Shown here in pieces: positions 63,159 through 64,000 of a DNA stretch of 64,000 nt. The translations under genes were made by a program, and so were the position numbers. The stretch spans positions 119,350,001 to 119,414,000 of the forward strand of contig CM126211.1 of the NCBI GenBank assembly GCA_052327205.1, written 5' to 3'. How positions within the stretch are numbered: position 1 is the stretch's first letter; each line of letters starts with the position of its first letter. The notes below the pieces were generated by a model. That model saw only the letters and a list, made by a program, of their open reading frames with translations, ran no database searches and was not told the DNA's origin. Source of the stretch: Somniosus microcephalus. Its lineage: Eukaryota.

Positions 63159-64000
63159 ATGGACTATTTCAGTTAAATGTGCATGTTAAAGTGTTAACTG
63201 TTATTTGAATGTTATGGGTACTGTTAATCTAAAAGGGGAGGAATTGTAGTGTATGTACCTTTAAGAGAGAACTACTTTTACAGCTCCTGTATACTGTAGT
63301 ACCGGCAGTGACCACACCTGTATATAAGCCTTGAGCAGGCATCTGTACTGTTAGTCTTTAGACTACCCTCCTCCAGTAAACACCTGTTGATTGTTAATCT
63401 ACAGCCTCCGTCTAGTTATTGAAGAACACCATACCTTAATATTTACGGATTCAACAGTCCAGGTGTGACATCGTCATCCTTTTTGGCATCCACCGTCAGT
63501 GCTTGTATGGCATGCCAATCTAACTGTATCTTCCGGATCCATTCACGTCCTAGTAGTGGTGGTCCTCCATTTGGCAATACATATAGGTCCATTTTTGGTG
63601 TTTCCTTGCCGTTGTATATCACGTTCACCCTTATTTTTCCTTTGGGGTAGACTTTTTGCCCCGTGTACGTCTTCAAGACAATCTCTGTATCTCTCAAGGG
63701 TATATGTGAGAATAGCCGCTTGTAGTCCCTTCGGTTTATGACTGTTAGGGCTGATCCTGTGTCCAATTCCTTTTTCACTTGGACACCGTCTATCTTGAGC
63801 GTGACCCAGATAGTTTGGTGATCCGCCATTTTGATTACATTATGTAGTTTCAGACAACCCAGCTCCTTGCTTCCGGAGTCTGTATCACTTTTCTGTTCGT
63901 CTGAACTACTCTCCGTCACCTTATGTACCTTTTTGTACTTCTCCTGTGGTGATTTCTTGCTGCTGGTTTTCTTCCCCGACCTGCAGACTCTTGCTATGTG

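Larger units (their letters stand above)
56279..63456 (+). mobile_element. Gypsy family B copy 2 (plus), full length, defective
   Basis: 212-bp LTRs 56279-56490 and 63245-63456, TSD GTCCA, PBS TGGCGACGAGG, PPT AAAAGGGGAGGAA. Confidence 0.95.
53234..64000 (-). mobile_element. Gypsy family B copy 1 (minus), interrupted by copy 2; continues beyond the window
   Basis: 3' LTR 53234-53446 with PPT; IN/RH/RT pieces 53615-56278; protease (LDTGS) and gag at 63462-64000. Confidence 0.92.

Overview
Eukaryotic, repeat-dense vertebrate DNA. The CR1, RTE, DeuSINE-type SINE, Harbinger and Gypsy mix suggests a cartilaginous fish (inference). Most of the window is nested transposons: a near full-length CR1 LINE and several partial ones, three RTE LINE 3' pieces and tRNA-derived SINEs. 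It also holds three Harbinger elements, one apparently intact with both genes, perfect TIRs and a TTA TSD, plus several MITE families and three Gypsy LTR elements in Russian-doll arrangements. There are CT/GA satellites and three assembly gaps. One host gene is reconstructable on the minus strand: two small exons near 41 kb and a 4.6 kb terminal exon at 23651-19040 with a triplicated SPATA31/FAM205-like domain, disrupted by a MITE and nonsense mutations. Top leads are (1) a U_UUA_AAC slippery heptamer joining ORF1 to ORF2 in the -1 frame in two different CR1 copies, (2) the intact two-gene Harbinger with candidate MITE clients, and (3) the SPATA31-like gene. All calls are by eye; no searches were run.
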